From Polynucleobacter necessarius (GTDB taxonomy: Bacteria > Pseudomonadota > Gammaproteobacteria > Burkholderiales > Burkholderiaceae): 32,000 bases of DNA. Below, in pieces: positions 1 through 9,189 of this stretch. The translations under genes were made by a program, and so were the position numbers. Within the stretch, counting starts at the first letter, position 1. Every line of letters begins with the position of its first letter. The stretch lies in NCBI RefSeq assembly GCF_900095195.1, contig NZ_LT606950.1:697207-729206 (forward strand), in the 5' to 3' direction. The notes under the pieces were generated by a model that worked only from the letters and a program-made list of their open reading frames with translations, was not told where the DNA came from and ran no database searches.

Positions 1-1301
1 CCCGGAAACTCAAAAGAAGTTGCCAGCATTGTTAAGCTCTGCGCAGCAAATCAAGTATCGATCGTCCATCAAGGCGGGCACACGGGATTTTGCGGTGGGG
101 CAACGCCGGATTCAAGTGGCAATCAAATTGCCCTTAATCTCAAGCGGATGAATGCCGTTCGGGAAGTGGATATTGCGAATCAAACCATGACATTAGAGGC
201 GGGCTGTATTTTGCAAACAGCTCAAGAGGTAGCGGCTGCCCAAGGATTTCTGTTTCCCCTAAGCTTGGGGGCAGAGGGAAGCTGTTTTATTGGCGGCAAC
301 CTAGCCACGAATGCTGGAGGCACCAATGTTTTGCGCTATGGCAACGCACGCGATCTTTGTCTTGGCTTGGAGGTGGTCACCGCTCAAGGTGAGATTTGGA
401 ATGGCATAAAGGGATTACGCAAGGACAATACGGGCTACGATTTGCGCGACCTGTTCATCGGATCCGAGGGTACGCTAGGCATTATCACCAGTGCCGTCAT
501 GAAACTGTACCCATTGCCAATATCCCAATGGACAACCTTAGTTGCAACTGACAGTATTGCTGCCTCAATAGCGCTATTAAATCTCTTTCAAAAGCGTGCA
601 ACGTCTCTGCTCACCGGTTTTGAAATGATGACTCAAGAGTCATTGGCATTAAATGAGAAGCCATTTCCACAAATGGCCAATCCATTAAAGGGAAATCCAC
701 CCTTCACGATTTTGGTTGAGCTATCCGATCATGAGAGTGAAACCCATGTTCGGACATTGCTGGAAACAATTCTCGAAGAAGCATTTGAATCTGGACTCAT
801 ATTTGAATCTGGACTCATTAGTGACGCGGTTATCGCTAGCAGTTTGGCTCAAGCCAATACGTTTTGGCAGATGCGGGAACACATAACTTTGGCTCAGGCC
901 AAAGAAGGCGCCAATCTCAAACACGACATCACGATTCCACTCTCGGGTCTCGAAAGCTTTATTCAAGAAACGGACGTACTAATGCGCTCACGGTGGCCTG
1001 GGGTTCGAATCATCAATTTTGGACACCTAGGGGATGGCAATCTCCACTACAACATCGCTCCACCATTGGGAGCTGACCCCAAAGCCTTTAATCGAGATCA
1101 TGAGAATTTCATCCAAGAATTGGTCTACTCTCAGGTAGACCGCTACCAGGGATCCATTTCCGCGGAACATGGGGTTGGTCAGCTCAAATTAGACGGTTTG
1201 AGAGCGCATAAAGGCACAGTTGCGATGAGCTCATGAAATCCATCAAAAAGGCGCTAGACCCCCAAAATATCCTTAATCCCCATAAAGTCCTGTCTATTTA
1301 G
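1..1301 (+). pseudogene. FAD-linked oxidase (GlcD / D-2-hydroxyacid dehydrogenase family); 5' end lies off-window; frameshift near the 3' end
   Basis: Frame 1 is open from base 1 (PGNSKEVASIVKLCAANQVSIVHQGGHTGFCGGATP, FAD-binding PCMH-type region) and continues into ORF 148..1236 with the SISAEHGVGQLK motif. The conserved family tail LMKSIKKALDPQNILNPHKVLSI is present but in frame 3 (1233..1301). This is consistent with loss of one G in atg(g)agctc at about 1228. Confidence 0.7.
784..819 (+). repeat. 18-bp in-frame tandem duplication (tttgaatctggactcatA / tttgaatctggactcatT) encoding FESGLI-FESGLI
   Basis: Read directly: 784..801 and 802..819 match at 17 of 18 positions. The ORF translation shows EAFESGLIFESGLISDAV. 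Confidence 0.95.
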
Positions 1302-1608
1302 AGGTTTTCTTAAACATCCCCAGCTTTTTTCTAAATTTTTTATATTTCCTGTCATCTCGGACTCTTTCTGATGCGTTGTAAGCTCATGGAGGCGACAAAT
1401 ATGTCAACAAGACTCAACGTTTGGCCCGTGCAATTCAACAGATCAACCTGTCCAAAAGGACGCCTGAAGTCGCTATTGGCTACCTAGATAGCCAATATCA
1501 CGATATCGCTTGGCGCTATATCCGCATTCTTGGCTTTGAACGTACCATCAGTTTCATGGCTAGCAACAACTTCCACCCAGAATAAACCTGCTATTACTTT
1601 TCAATAAT

Positions 1609-1642
1609 AAAACCTAAATAATTGATTTATTTAGGTTTTTTG
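1609..1642. terminator. Rho-independent-type hairpin between convergent genes
   Basis: aacctaaataa (1611..1621), loop ttga, then ttatttaggtt followed by a T run (1636..1641). A-rich on the left, so it could act in both directions. Confidence 0.55.
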
Positions 1643-1654
1643 GTTTTAAGTTGA

Positions 1655-2204
1655 TTAGACTCCATTGAAAAAGAGTCTAGCCTCATCAATCACGGTTCTG
1701 GACAATTCCTCGGGAATGTAGTGGCCACAGGGTACGGATTTTCCGGTGACCTGATTGACAACCTTCTGCCAATCCTCTACGGGTTTAAAACATTTGTGAA
1801 CCAGCCCATGCTCACCCCAAAGCACATGCAACGGCATGGCGAGCTTTTTACCAGCACCCCGATCTGCTCTATCGTGAACCAAATCGATCGTTGCAGCTGC
1901 GCGATAATCTTCACACATAGCATGTGCATACGCTGGGTTAGAAGCTGCCATTGATCGTTTTGAACAGCTGGAGTGATCCGGCTTCCCATTCGGCTTTGAT
2001 GATTGACCATAACCCAGTAGATCTGAGGCAACTACTGTGTAATGCGCTGCCAATGCTGGTGCAACTTCATGCCAGATAGCCTTCGTTTGTGGAAAACCAT
2101 GCAAGCGGGTCCGGCGCCACCTATTGTGCACGAATATCAATCGGACCGTCATCCGAAGGAACCGCAATGATCTTCTCTTCAAAACCTGGAAAGGTAACCG
2201 GCAT
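1655..2204 (-). pseudogene. Alpha/beta hydrolase of the haloacetate-dehalogenase / epoxide-hydrolase type, multiply disrupted
   Basis: The true start MPVTFPGFEEKIIAVPSDDGPIDIRAQ (ATG at 2204) runs into TAG. IGGAGPA and LHGFPQT follow in two other frames. KRSMA joins directly to NPAYAHAMCEDYRAA at about 1945, so roughly 120 central residues, including the nucleophile region, are missing. The C-terminal CGHYIPEE motif is retained. Confidence 0.8.
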
Positions 2205-2219
2205 ATCTACTTTATGAAA

Positions 2220-2903
2220 TTACTTTAACGATGTAGGAACAGGATTGGCCGATGTTTCTAAGGCTATTCGTACCTTCTTGGCCATGGCGATAAAGGAATC
2301 TACCGATCCACCTGCGGTACGAAATGACTCCCCTTGAACGGTAACGAGACCTTCACCCAGTAGTTGCTTGGTTTGGCTATCGGTAATTTTGCTTTCAACC
2401 AATATGGCGGGCGTTTTTGAATTCACGCCACCTGCATAGGCTGCGGCATTTAACGCTAGGCCAATCGGCGTGAAATTCCAAGACTGCAAACTGTCTGTAG
2501 AACTTTCGGCTCCAGTTGTCCCAGCGGAAATTCGAGCAACACCAGAACCTGGGTTAGTCACAATGCGAATATTGCCCCGAGCATTTACTGCTTCAACCAT
2601 GGAAGCCTGCAATGCAGCTTTCGCGCTACTGATCGCTTCCAAACTGACATCTTTCGTAGCGTTTTGATTGAGATATATTGGATCCAAGATCACTGCGGTA
2701 TAAGCCCCAGGATTAACGCCCTCCTTACGATATTTCCAGACGCGGGTATCCGATTCTGAAGTAGTAACAGGCACCAACAAGGAATAATCGGGCAAGAAAC
2801 CCGATTTCGGCATCGGTTGTGTCGTTAATTTAGGCGCATTACTACAACCCATTAATACTGTTACCAGTAATGCAAGAAAAGCTGTCAAATAGTAATGGCG
2901 CAT
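2220..2903 (-). CDS. Lipoprotein, DUF3313-like
   Basis: Start chosen at MRHYYLTAFLALLVTVLMGC (lipobox LMGC), inside ORF 2220..2942. The SGFLPDYSLL motif is typical of DUF3313, recalled from memory. The frame is uninterrupted. Confidence 0.75.
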   Translation of the reverse strand: MRHYYLTAFLALLVTVLMGCSNAPKLTTQPMPKSGFLPDYSLLVPVTTSESDTRVWKYRKEGVNPGAYTAVILDPIYLNQNATKDVSLEAISSAKAALQASMVEAVNARGNIRIVTNPGSGVARISAGTTGAESSTDSLQSWNFTPIGLALNAAAYAGGVNSKTPAILVESKITDSQTKQLLGEGLVTVQGESFRTAGGSVDSFIAMAKKVRIALETSANPVPTSLK

Positions 2904-3167
2904 AAAGTTCCTAGCGTGAGATATTAGTCTGGCGACGGGCATGGCAACAGACTGCCAGTCTTTTTATGTAATTGCGGTTTGCAATCGGATAACGCCGCAG
3001 AATTAGTCGTGTGCGCAGCGGAGATTAATGATGCATTATCTGCGGATGGAGTGCTTGGCGCAGATGCAGATATTTCGGATGAGTTTGCAACCACTGTTGG
3101 CGTTAAAGTCTTTGGTGATTCAATACCAACAGAGCGATAAAACGACTTACCGTGCCAGGGCATGGCA

Positions 3168-3299
3168 TTAGTGCGCCAGTTTTAGAATCTCCTTACACTG
3201 AGGATTTGCTTCCATTCGGGCCTCAGGTTTTGCTGCTGTACAACCACATATTGACATGCATGCCAATAACGAAACCCATAATTTGAAATTTGATTGCAT
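3168..3299 (-). CDS. Candidate 43-aa lipoprotein-like small ORF (or N-terminal stump of a lost gene)
   Basis: Manual translation: MQSNFKLWVSLLACMSICGCTAAKPEARMEANPQCKEILKLAH*. It has a signal-peptide-like N-terminus with a Cys-containing lipobox-like SICGC. No homology recognised. Confidence 0.25.
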   Translation of the reverse strand: MQSNFKLWVSLLACMSICGCTAAKPEARMEANPQCKEILKLAH

Positions 3300-3312
3300 A
3301 AAGAATTATAGA

Positions 3313-4047
3313 TTAGTGTGCCAATATTTTGGATAAAAAGTTTTTTGCACGATTGGATCTAGCATCAGGGTTGCCAAAGAATTCATCTTTACTGCAATCC
3401 TCCACAATGCACCCTTGATCCATAAAAATGACTCTATTGCTGACCATTCTAGCAAAGCCCATTTCATGGGTAACGCAGCACATTGTCATACCCTCGTTTG
3501 CTAGACCTACCATGACTTCGAGCACTTCACCCACCATTTCAGGGTCTAGCGCCGAGGTGGGTTCATCAAAAAGCATCACGATGGGATCCATGCTTAAAGC
3601 TCTCGCAATCGCAACCCGTTGTTGTTGACCGCCGGATAGTTGCCCTGGATATTTATCTTTCTGTGCAATTAATCCAACGCGCTCAAGGTATTTCAAACCA
3701 TGGGCTTTGGCCTCATCCGCTGAGCGACCCAGCACATGAATTTGCGCTAAGGTGAGGTTTTCGGTGATGCTAAGGTGTGGAAAAAGCTCAAAATGCTGAA
3801 ACACCACCCCTACTCTGGCGCGAAGTTTTGGTAAGTTTGTTTTGGGGTCGTGTAAACGTACGCCATCCACGGTAATTTCACCACTCTGGAATGGCTCGAG
3901 TGCATTGATGGTTTTAATCAAGGTAGATTTACCTGAGCCAGAGGGTCCACAAATAACAACGACCTCACCTTTTTTAATAGACGTGCTGCAGTCAGTTAGC
4001 ACTTGAAAGTCGCCATACCATTTCGAGACGTTTTGAAGATCAATCAT
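3313..4047 (-). CDS. gltL: Glutamate/aspartate (polar amino acid) ABC transporter, ATP-binding subunit
   Basis: Walker [10 protein letters not shown], signature [15 protein letters not shown], Walker [12 protein letters not shown]. Last gene of a binding-protein, permease, permease, ATPase operon. Confidence 0.9.
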   Translation of the reverse strand: MIDLQNVSKWYGDFQVLTDCSTSIKKGEVVVICGPSGSGKSTLIKTINALEPFQSGEITVDGVRLHDPKTNLPKLRARVGVVFQHFELFPHLSITENLTLAQIHVLGRSADEAKAHGLKYLERVGLIAQKDKYPGQLSGGQQQRVAIARALSMDPIVMLFDEPTSALDPEMVGEVLEVMVGLANEGMTMCCVTHEMGFARMVSNRVIFMDQGCIVEDCSKDEFFGNPDARSNRAKNFLSKILAH

Positions 4048-4072
4048 GATGTTTTAGTGATAGTAAAAATGA

Positions 4073-4741
4073 TTAGCGAATGATGGCTACTTTATCCTGT
4101 GCTCGTCTCACAATTTTGGAGAGTGAGAAGCAAATAATGAAATATGTGAATGCTGCCAATAAATAGGTTTCAATGGGTCTGCCATAGTTCTTACCGGCAA
4201 TTTCAAAGCCTTTAAGCAAGTCGTAAGCGCCAATGGCATACACCAACGACGTATCTTGAAACAATATGATGGTTTGCGTCATAAAGACGGGGATCATGTT
4301 GCGAAATGCCTGTGGCAATACGATAAAGCGCATGTTTTGGCTGTAGGTCATACCTAAGGCCTGTGCTGCATAGCCTTGCCCCTTCGGTACTGACTGAATT
4401 CCGGCTCGTACGATTTCTGAGAAAAAGGCGCCCTCGAAGGCGATAAAGGTAATGGTTGCGGATAAGTCAGCACCAATTGGACGCCCAATCAACATCGGAA
4501 TTAACAAGAAGAACCAGAGAATCACCATGACCAAAGGAATGGATCGTATGGTATTGGCATAGAACGTAGTGGGATAAGCTAAGCTGGGCTTTCCGGACAA
4601 GCGCATTAACGCCAAGAAAGTGCCAAAAATAATGCCGCCAACCGTCGCAATTACTGTCAGTTGAACACTAAACAGCATCCCTTTCATGATGTAGTTGGTA
4701 AAGAGCTCCCAGTTATAAAAACTTAAATCAAGACTCAACAT
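4073..4741 (-). CDS. gltK: Amino acid ABC transporter permease
   Basis: 222-aa polytopic membrane ORF of the HisMQ/GltK permease type, positioned between gltJ and gltL. Confidence 0.85.
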   Translation of the reverse strand: MLSLDLSFYNWELFTNYIMKGMLFSVQLTVIATVGGIIFGTFLALMRLSGKPSLAYPTTFYANTIRSIPLVMVILWFFLLIPMLIGRPIGADLSATITFIAFEGAFFSEIVRAGIQSVPKGQGYAAQALGMTYSQNMRFIVLPQAFRNMIPVFMTQTIILFQDTSLVYAIGAYDLLKGFEIAGKNYGRPIETYLLAAFTYFIICFSLSKIVRRAQDKVAIIR

Positions 4742-4783
4742 AGCTTCACCTTGATAAAGGATGAATCGGATGTGTACGTCATC

Positions 4784-5566
4784 TTAGTGAGCTGCCGCTT
4801 CAGAGTTCGCAACCATAAAACCGGGTATCCGGGTGCGCTTTTCGATATGAGTCATCACGCGATTTACTGCAAAAGCCGATATTGCGTAAAGCAATGTCAC
4901 CGCTAAATAGATTTCGACCCCACGAGAGGTTTCTTCCTGAGCTTGCATGGCAAACAAGGTTAATTCTGGTACCGATACAGCGAACGCTGCTGATGAGTTC
5001 TTAATGAGATTCATGCTTTCGGAAGTCAGCGGCGGAATCACAATACGTAATGCCATCGGCAAAATGACATAGCGATAACTTTGATACGTTGTTAAACCTA
5101 GGGCGGTAGCTGCTGCCTTTTGACCAGATGGTAAAGATTGAATACCCGCCCTGACCTGTTCCGCTATTCGCGCTGAGGTAAAGAAGCCAAGCGCAATACT
5201 GACCAACCAATAGGAAGGAACGTCCTTTAGTATGGGAATGAATGCTGGGATAACGTGATACCAAAGAAAGACCTGAACCAGAATCGGTATATTTCTGAAG
5301 AGTTCAACCCACGCGGTTGAAAAGCGCACCAAGAATCGATTCCATGCACTATCTGGGGGTAAGGTGCGCAAGGTGCCCATAACCGCACCCAAGATTAGGG
5401 CAATGATCAGGCCCAAGCAAGCTACAGCCAGGGTCCAGCCCCAAGCCTTTAATAACCAATCTAAGTAGGTTGGATCTGGATTTTTTCCAAGGGTGAATAA
5501 TCCAGAAAAACAATGATCAACAACTTCCTGATCTAGTGTCCCCTTACAAAAAATACCAAAATCCAT
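4784..5566 (-). CDS. gltJ: Amino acid ABC transporter permease
   Basis: 260-aa membrane ORF with VELFRNIPILVQVFLWYHVIP, typical of GltJ-type permeases. Confidence 0.85.
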   Translation of the reverse strand: MDFGIFCKGTLDQEVVDHCFSGLFTLGKNPDPTYLDWLLKAWGWTLAVACLGLIIALILGAVMGTLRTLPPDSAWNRFLVRFSTAWVELFRNIPILVQVFLWYHVIPAFIPILKDVPSYWLVSIALGFFTSARIAEQVRAGIQSLPSGQKAAATALGLTTYQSYRYVILPMALRIVIPPLTSESMNLIKNSSAAFAVSVPELTLFAMQAQEETSRGVEIYLAVTLLYAISAFAVNRVMTHIEKRTRIPGFMVANSEAAAH

Positions 5567-5626
5567 AAATCCAATCGTCGTTAGATGAAATAAAGCGGCT
5601 GAGGGCTACCCAATAAAAATACTGAA

Positions 5627-6538
5627 TTACTTCTTGTTGTAGTCTTCGGCAGGTTTATCATTCAAATTAGCCCATGCATTTTTCGTTACTGGGGACAATT
5701 CAAGACCAACGACAATGTTCTTCGGAGGAATGGGTGATAAGAACCATTTATTCCACAATCCAGGCATCTTCCCATTGGCGACGATTTTGGCAATCGCTGC
5801 ATTTACAGCTGCTTTAAATTCAGGATCGTCTTTGCGGACCATGATAGCAATGGGCTCAGTACTTAAAACTTCACCAACAATCTTGTAATCCTTTGGATTT
5901 TTAGAGTTAGCAATGTTTCCAGCCAAGATGGAACCATCCATTACGAACGCATCAGCACGTCCGGATTCCAGTAACAAAAAGCTATCTGCGTGGTCTTTGC
6001 CAAATACTTCATCAAAGTTCACGCCATTTGCACGCTCATGCTTACGCAATAGTTGAACAGAGGTAGTGCCGGTTGTGGTGGCAACTTTCTTGCCATTCAA
6101 ATCTGAGATTGATTTGATACCTGAATTTGCTTTAACAGCAATACGCACTTCTTCGACATAAAGGGTATTGGCAAAACCCACGTCCTTTGCGCGATTAATA
6201 TTATTTGTTATCGTACCACACTCAATATCGACCGTTCCATTTTGAACTAACGGAACACGGTTTTGAGAGGTTACCGGTTGGTAGTTAATACGTAAGGTAC
6301 TTACACCAAGTCTGTCCCTAATCTCACCCAAAACCATACGGCAGATTTCGACATGGTAACCATCAAAACGGTTATCGCCTGTTGTATAGGACATCGGAAT
6401 GGAGGACTCACGTACCCCCATGGTAACCGTGCTCCTGGATTTGATTTTGTCTAGAGTGATACTGGCCGCCTGGACTGATACAGCGCCAATGAATAGCCAG
6501 GTTATAACGCCTAGCTTGATCCTCGATGAGTATCTCAT
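5627..6538 (-). CDS. gltI: Glutamate/aspartate ABC transporter periplasmic binding protein
   Basis: Signal peptide MRYSSRIKLGVITWLFIGAVSVQAAS. Family motifs TSQNRVPLVQNGTVDIECG and KWFLSPIPPK. Start taken at the proximal ATG (6538), which has GGAGG 8 nt upstream. The listed ORF extends to 6571 only because of the duplication. Confidence 0.9.
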   Translation of the reverse strand: MRYSSRIKLGVITWLFIGAVSVQAASITLDKIKSRSTVTMGVRESSIPMSYTTGDNRFDGYHVEICRMVLGEIRDRLGVSTLRINYQPVTSQNRVPLVQNGTVDIECGTITNNINRAKDVGFANTLYVEEVRIAVKANSGIKSISDLNGKKVATTTGTTSVQLLRKHERANGVNFDEVFGKDHADSFLLLESGRADAFVMDGSILAGNIANSKNPKDYKIVGEVLSTEPIAIMVRKDDPEFKAAVNAAIAKIVANGKMPGLWNKWFLSPIPPKNIVVGLELSPVTKNAWANLNDKPAEDYNKK

Positions 6539-6715
6539 GAATGCCTCCAATGGGTGGAATGGAGGACTCACGTACCCCCATGGTAACCGTGCTCCTGGAT
6601 TTGATTTTGTCTAGAGTGATACTGGCCGCCTGGACTGATACAGCGCCAATGAATAGCCAGGTTATAACGCCTAGCTTGATCCTCGATGAGTATCTCATGA
6701 ATGCCTCCAATGGGT
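6396..6715. repeat. Perfect 160-bp tandem direct duplication (6396..6555 = 6556..6715) covering the gltI SD, ATG and first ~47 codons
   Basis: Compared base by base in 10-mers: the two copies are identical. The duplicated peptide MRYSSRIKLGVITWLFIGAVSVQAASITLDKIKSRSTVTMGVRESSIP appears in both ORF 5627..6571 and ORF 6408..6731. Confidence 0.97.
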
Positions 6716-6839
6716 TGCTTATTAATCGCAATAATCTAAGCAGTTATAGCAAATATTTACACGTCTCGGAACTTTGCATCTTTTGTGCGGGTTTTAACAC
6801 AAAATGGTTGAAATCTGCGAAAAAAGAGATGTCAAAATT

Positions 6840-6916
6840 TGGCCTGCCCAGCAGGAGTCGAACCTGCGACCTACGGCTTAGAAGGCCGTTGCTCTATCCA
6901 GCTGAGCTATGGGCAG
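6840..6916 (-). tRNA. tRNA-Arg (anticodon UCU)
   Basis: 77-nt cloverleaf folded by hand. Acceptor CTGCCCA/TGGGCAG, D stem GCTC/GAGC, anticodon stem ACGGC/GCCGT with loop CTTCTAA, T arm GCAGG-TTCGACT-CCTGC, encoded CCA. Confidence 0.9.
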
Positions 6917-6952
6917 ATATTGGCTGGGTCTATATAGAACAAATAGAAAAAG

Positions 6953-7029
6953 TGGTCGGAGTACAAGGATTCGAACCTTGGACCCCCTGCTCCCAAAGCA
7001 GGTGCGCTACCAGGCTGCGCTACACTCCG
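6953..7029 (-). tRNA. tRNA-Pro (anticodon UGG)
   Basis: 77-nt cloverleaf. Acceptor CGGAGTG/TACTCCG, D stem GCGC/GCGC, anticodon stem CCTGC/GCAGG with loop TTTGGGA, T arm CAAGG-TTCGAAT-CCTTG, encoded CCA. Confidence 0.9.
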
Positions 7030-7089
7030 ACGGAACCGATATTCTACACCGACAGGGCTATTTCAGGCAAATCCTGTAAGATTCGGGCA

Positions 7090-7470
7090 ATGGCTGCCTA
7101 TTTTTCTAGCAAATCCTTCTCGCACGCAAAAACTGCTTTGGCAGTAGTTTTGCTGTGGGCTTGCGTGATTGGCATCCAGCAGTTTGGATTCACGCACAGC
7201 ATCTCACATGCGAGCCAACAGCAAACTGCAATTGGTCAAAATATCTCTAGCGATGCAAGCGCTTCCCTTAATCACAGTTCTGATGTCTGCCACCTATTAG
7301 ATGCGCTCACATTAGCAGAATTTATACCCACGACAAATGTGATCGCACCGGCTCTGCTTATTGCTAGCACGGTTCCAATTTCTATTACCCCAACCCCATT
7401 GCCCAGAATGCGTTATCGGCATACCAGTCTCGAGCATCGCCTGCCCAGCTTCTTTAAAAAGCGTTTTTGA
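7090..7470 (+). CDS. Hypothetical small protein upstream of the TonB-dependent receptor remnant (possible receptor accessory protein; may itself be decaying)
   Basis: ATG at 7090 within the spurious 309-aa ORF. It has a hydrophobic segment ALAVVLLWACVIGI and HSISH...CHLLDA motifs. Assignment rests on position only. Confidence 0.3.
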   Translation: MAAYFSSKSFSHAKTALAVVLLWACVIGIQQFGFTHSISHASQQQTAIGQNISSDASASLNHSSDVCHLLDALTLAEFIPTTNVIAPALLIASTVPISITPTPLPRMRYRHTSLEHRLPSFFKKRF

Positions 7471-7559
7471 CCGAGCAAATGTCTCGGCCATCCATTTGGC
7501 TTGCCCCATCGTGTGGGCAAAAGAGGTTTGAGGTTGTCGATGAATTACAGGTTGTATCC

Positions 7560-8104
7560 ATTATTTTAAAGCAGCACAATAAGCGGCTTCTATTCGCTAT
7601 AGCAGCGAGCCCATTCGCTCTGGGTGCGCTTGCGCAATCGGCAGTTTCCAATATAGAAATTACAGCCACCGGGAGCCAAGAAACAACGCAAAGCATTCTG
7701 ACGCCAACCAAAATTTTGCAAGGCGATGAATTGCTCAATAAATTGGGTTCAACACTAGGAGCTATTAGCCAATGAACTTGGCGTTTCAGCTACAGGCTAT
7801 GGCGATGGCTCTTTGGAGGTCGATAGCGCGTTTGGATCAGTAGCCGTGCACGTCGTACTACCATCAACAACGCGAACAATTACCGCATTCCAGGAGGCTC
7901 AACACAATCGCAGGGAGAACCTGTAGGTGGTTGGACCGTTCCCCCAGAGGGAAATGGTGGAAATAACTACACCGGCAAACTTCCCAATACCTTCAGCAAC
8001 CAGAATAATTTAGGTGTTGGTGTTTCGTATATTGGGCAGAATAGCTACACTGGTGTTTCGGTTGAACGGTTGAACAATAACTATGGCATACCAACCCCTG
8101 AAGG
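7560..8104 (+). pseudogene. TonB-dependent outer-membrane receptor (copper/OprC-like) remnant
   Basis: Signal peptide KRLLFAIAASPFALGALAQS and plug start TPTKILQGDELLNKLGSTLG in one frame. NELGVSATGYG follows in a second frame after 7775. ARRTTINN...GVGVSYIGQNSYTGVSVERLNNNYGIPTPEGG is in a third frame. There is no ATG, most of the barrel is absent, and the sequence ends abruptly at about 8104. Confidence 0.75.
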
Positions 8105-8754
8105 TGGATTATTGCTCATGGACTCCAAAAGGCCCATATCCCCAATAAAAGCGGCGGCTTCGGATCTTTGCCCCGAGATCTTTGAAACATAACGTATGGC
8201 GAGTGAATAAACTGGTACATCCGCAATGACGGCGGACTCGAATAAATTGGGTCTAAAAGGACGAACCGACTCACCATTCGTCGAAGTGCCTTCTGGAAAA
8301 ATGCAGATAGATTCATTTTTGAGAACCTCGCTCATCTCGCCTACAACAAATGTGCATGACGAGAGCTATCGCGACGAATAAAGACTGTTCCAAGCTGCTT
8401 AGCCATCCATCCAAATATCGGCCATTTCTCTACTTCCGACTTCGCCACAAAGCGAATCGGATGAAAGGCATTGATGGCATGAATATCCATCCAGGAAATA
8501 TGATTTGACGACAATAAATACGAGCTTGATGGAAGTACCTCCGCATTCTTAACAGCTAATTCAATTCCAAAAATTCGCAAGAGATGTGTTGACCATTGTT
8601 GGATATGCAATTTCTTGGATTAGGCATTGGAGAATGGAAAAATTAGCAATAACGTGCCTACACCTGATAAAACATGTAGCCATATCGCAATCCAAAGAAA
8701 AAAACGTTTCAATAATGCGGTGTTTGAGGGTATTGAATTGCTTGAGGTGGTCAT
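8105..8754 (-). pseudogene. PlsC-family lysophospholipid acyltransferase (OlsA-like) remnant
   Basis: ATG at 8754 (MTTSSNSIPSNTALLKRFFLWIAIWLHVLSGVGTLLLIFPFSNA), then an in-frame TAA at 8620..8622. NHISWMD (HX4D) and FPEGTST motifs are present. A one-base deletion at about 8343..8351 separates RHAHL from VVGEMSEV. The 3' end is cut at about 8105, where the opposite strand becomes the receptor remnant. Confidence 0.8.
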
Positions 8755-8841
8755 ATACAACAACAATATAAAGGAAAATGTAATAAATATCCTACGTCAT
8801 CAAACTGACTTAAAAATGTCAAATAGGCTTAATGTGGTTTC

Positions 8842-9189
8842 ATGACGCATTACAGAGCCATCTGGATCTCAGACGTGCACCTCGGAACATCAGGGTGTCA
8901 GGCCAACTACCTCCTCGATTTCTTAAAGCACAACGAAGCCGATAAATTTTATTTGGTCGGCGACATTATTGATGGATGACGTCTAAAGAAATCCTTTTGC
9001 TGGCCTCAGGCACATAACGACGTAGTACAAAAATTATTACGTAAGGCGCGCAAAGGCGCTGAAGTGATATATGTCCCAGGAAATCATGACGAAAGTGCTC
9101 GCCAATTTTTTGGCCTGTCATTTGGTGATGTAAAGGTCGTTGAGGAGCTTATCCACACCACTTTGAAGAGCAAAAAGTTGTGGGTGTAG
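8842..9189 (+). pseudogene. LpxH-family metallophosphoesterase (UDP-2,3-diacylglucosamine diphosphatase-like) remnant
   Basis: MTHYRAIWISDVHLGTSGCQ...YLVGDIIDG, then TGA at 8977..8979 where the family has Trp (GW-RLKK). The frame continues with WPQAHNDVVQKLLRKARKGAEVIYVPGNHDE and ends at ...IHTTLKSKKLWV. The C-terminal half is absent. Confidence 0.75.

Noticed and set aside
6396-6715. 160-bp repeat as a MITE/IS fragment or CRISPR-like repeat
   Set aside because: The unit is simply the gltI 5' end copied once in tandem. It has no terminal inverted repeats, no spacers, and no further copies in the window.
6541-7470. 309-aa plus-strand ORF
   Set aside because: It is built from the reverse complement of the gltI leader duplication, reads straight through two minus-strand tRNA genes, and only its last third (from ATG 7090) could be a real small gene. 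There is no coherent protein signal.
6732-8110. tRNA-adjacent region as an integrated genomic island or mobile element
   Set aside because: No integrase, transposase or phage gene was found. I could find no direct repeat of either tRNA 3' end. The content is decayed chromosomal metabolic and envelope genes rather than horizontally acquired cargo.
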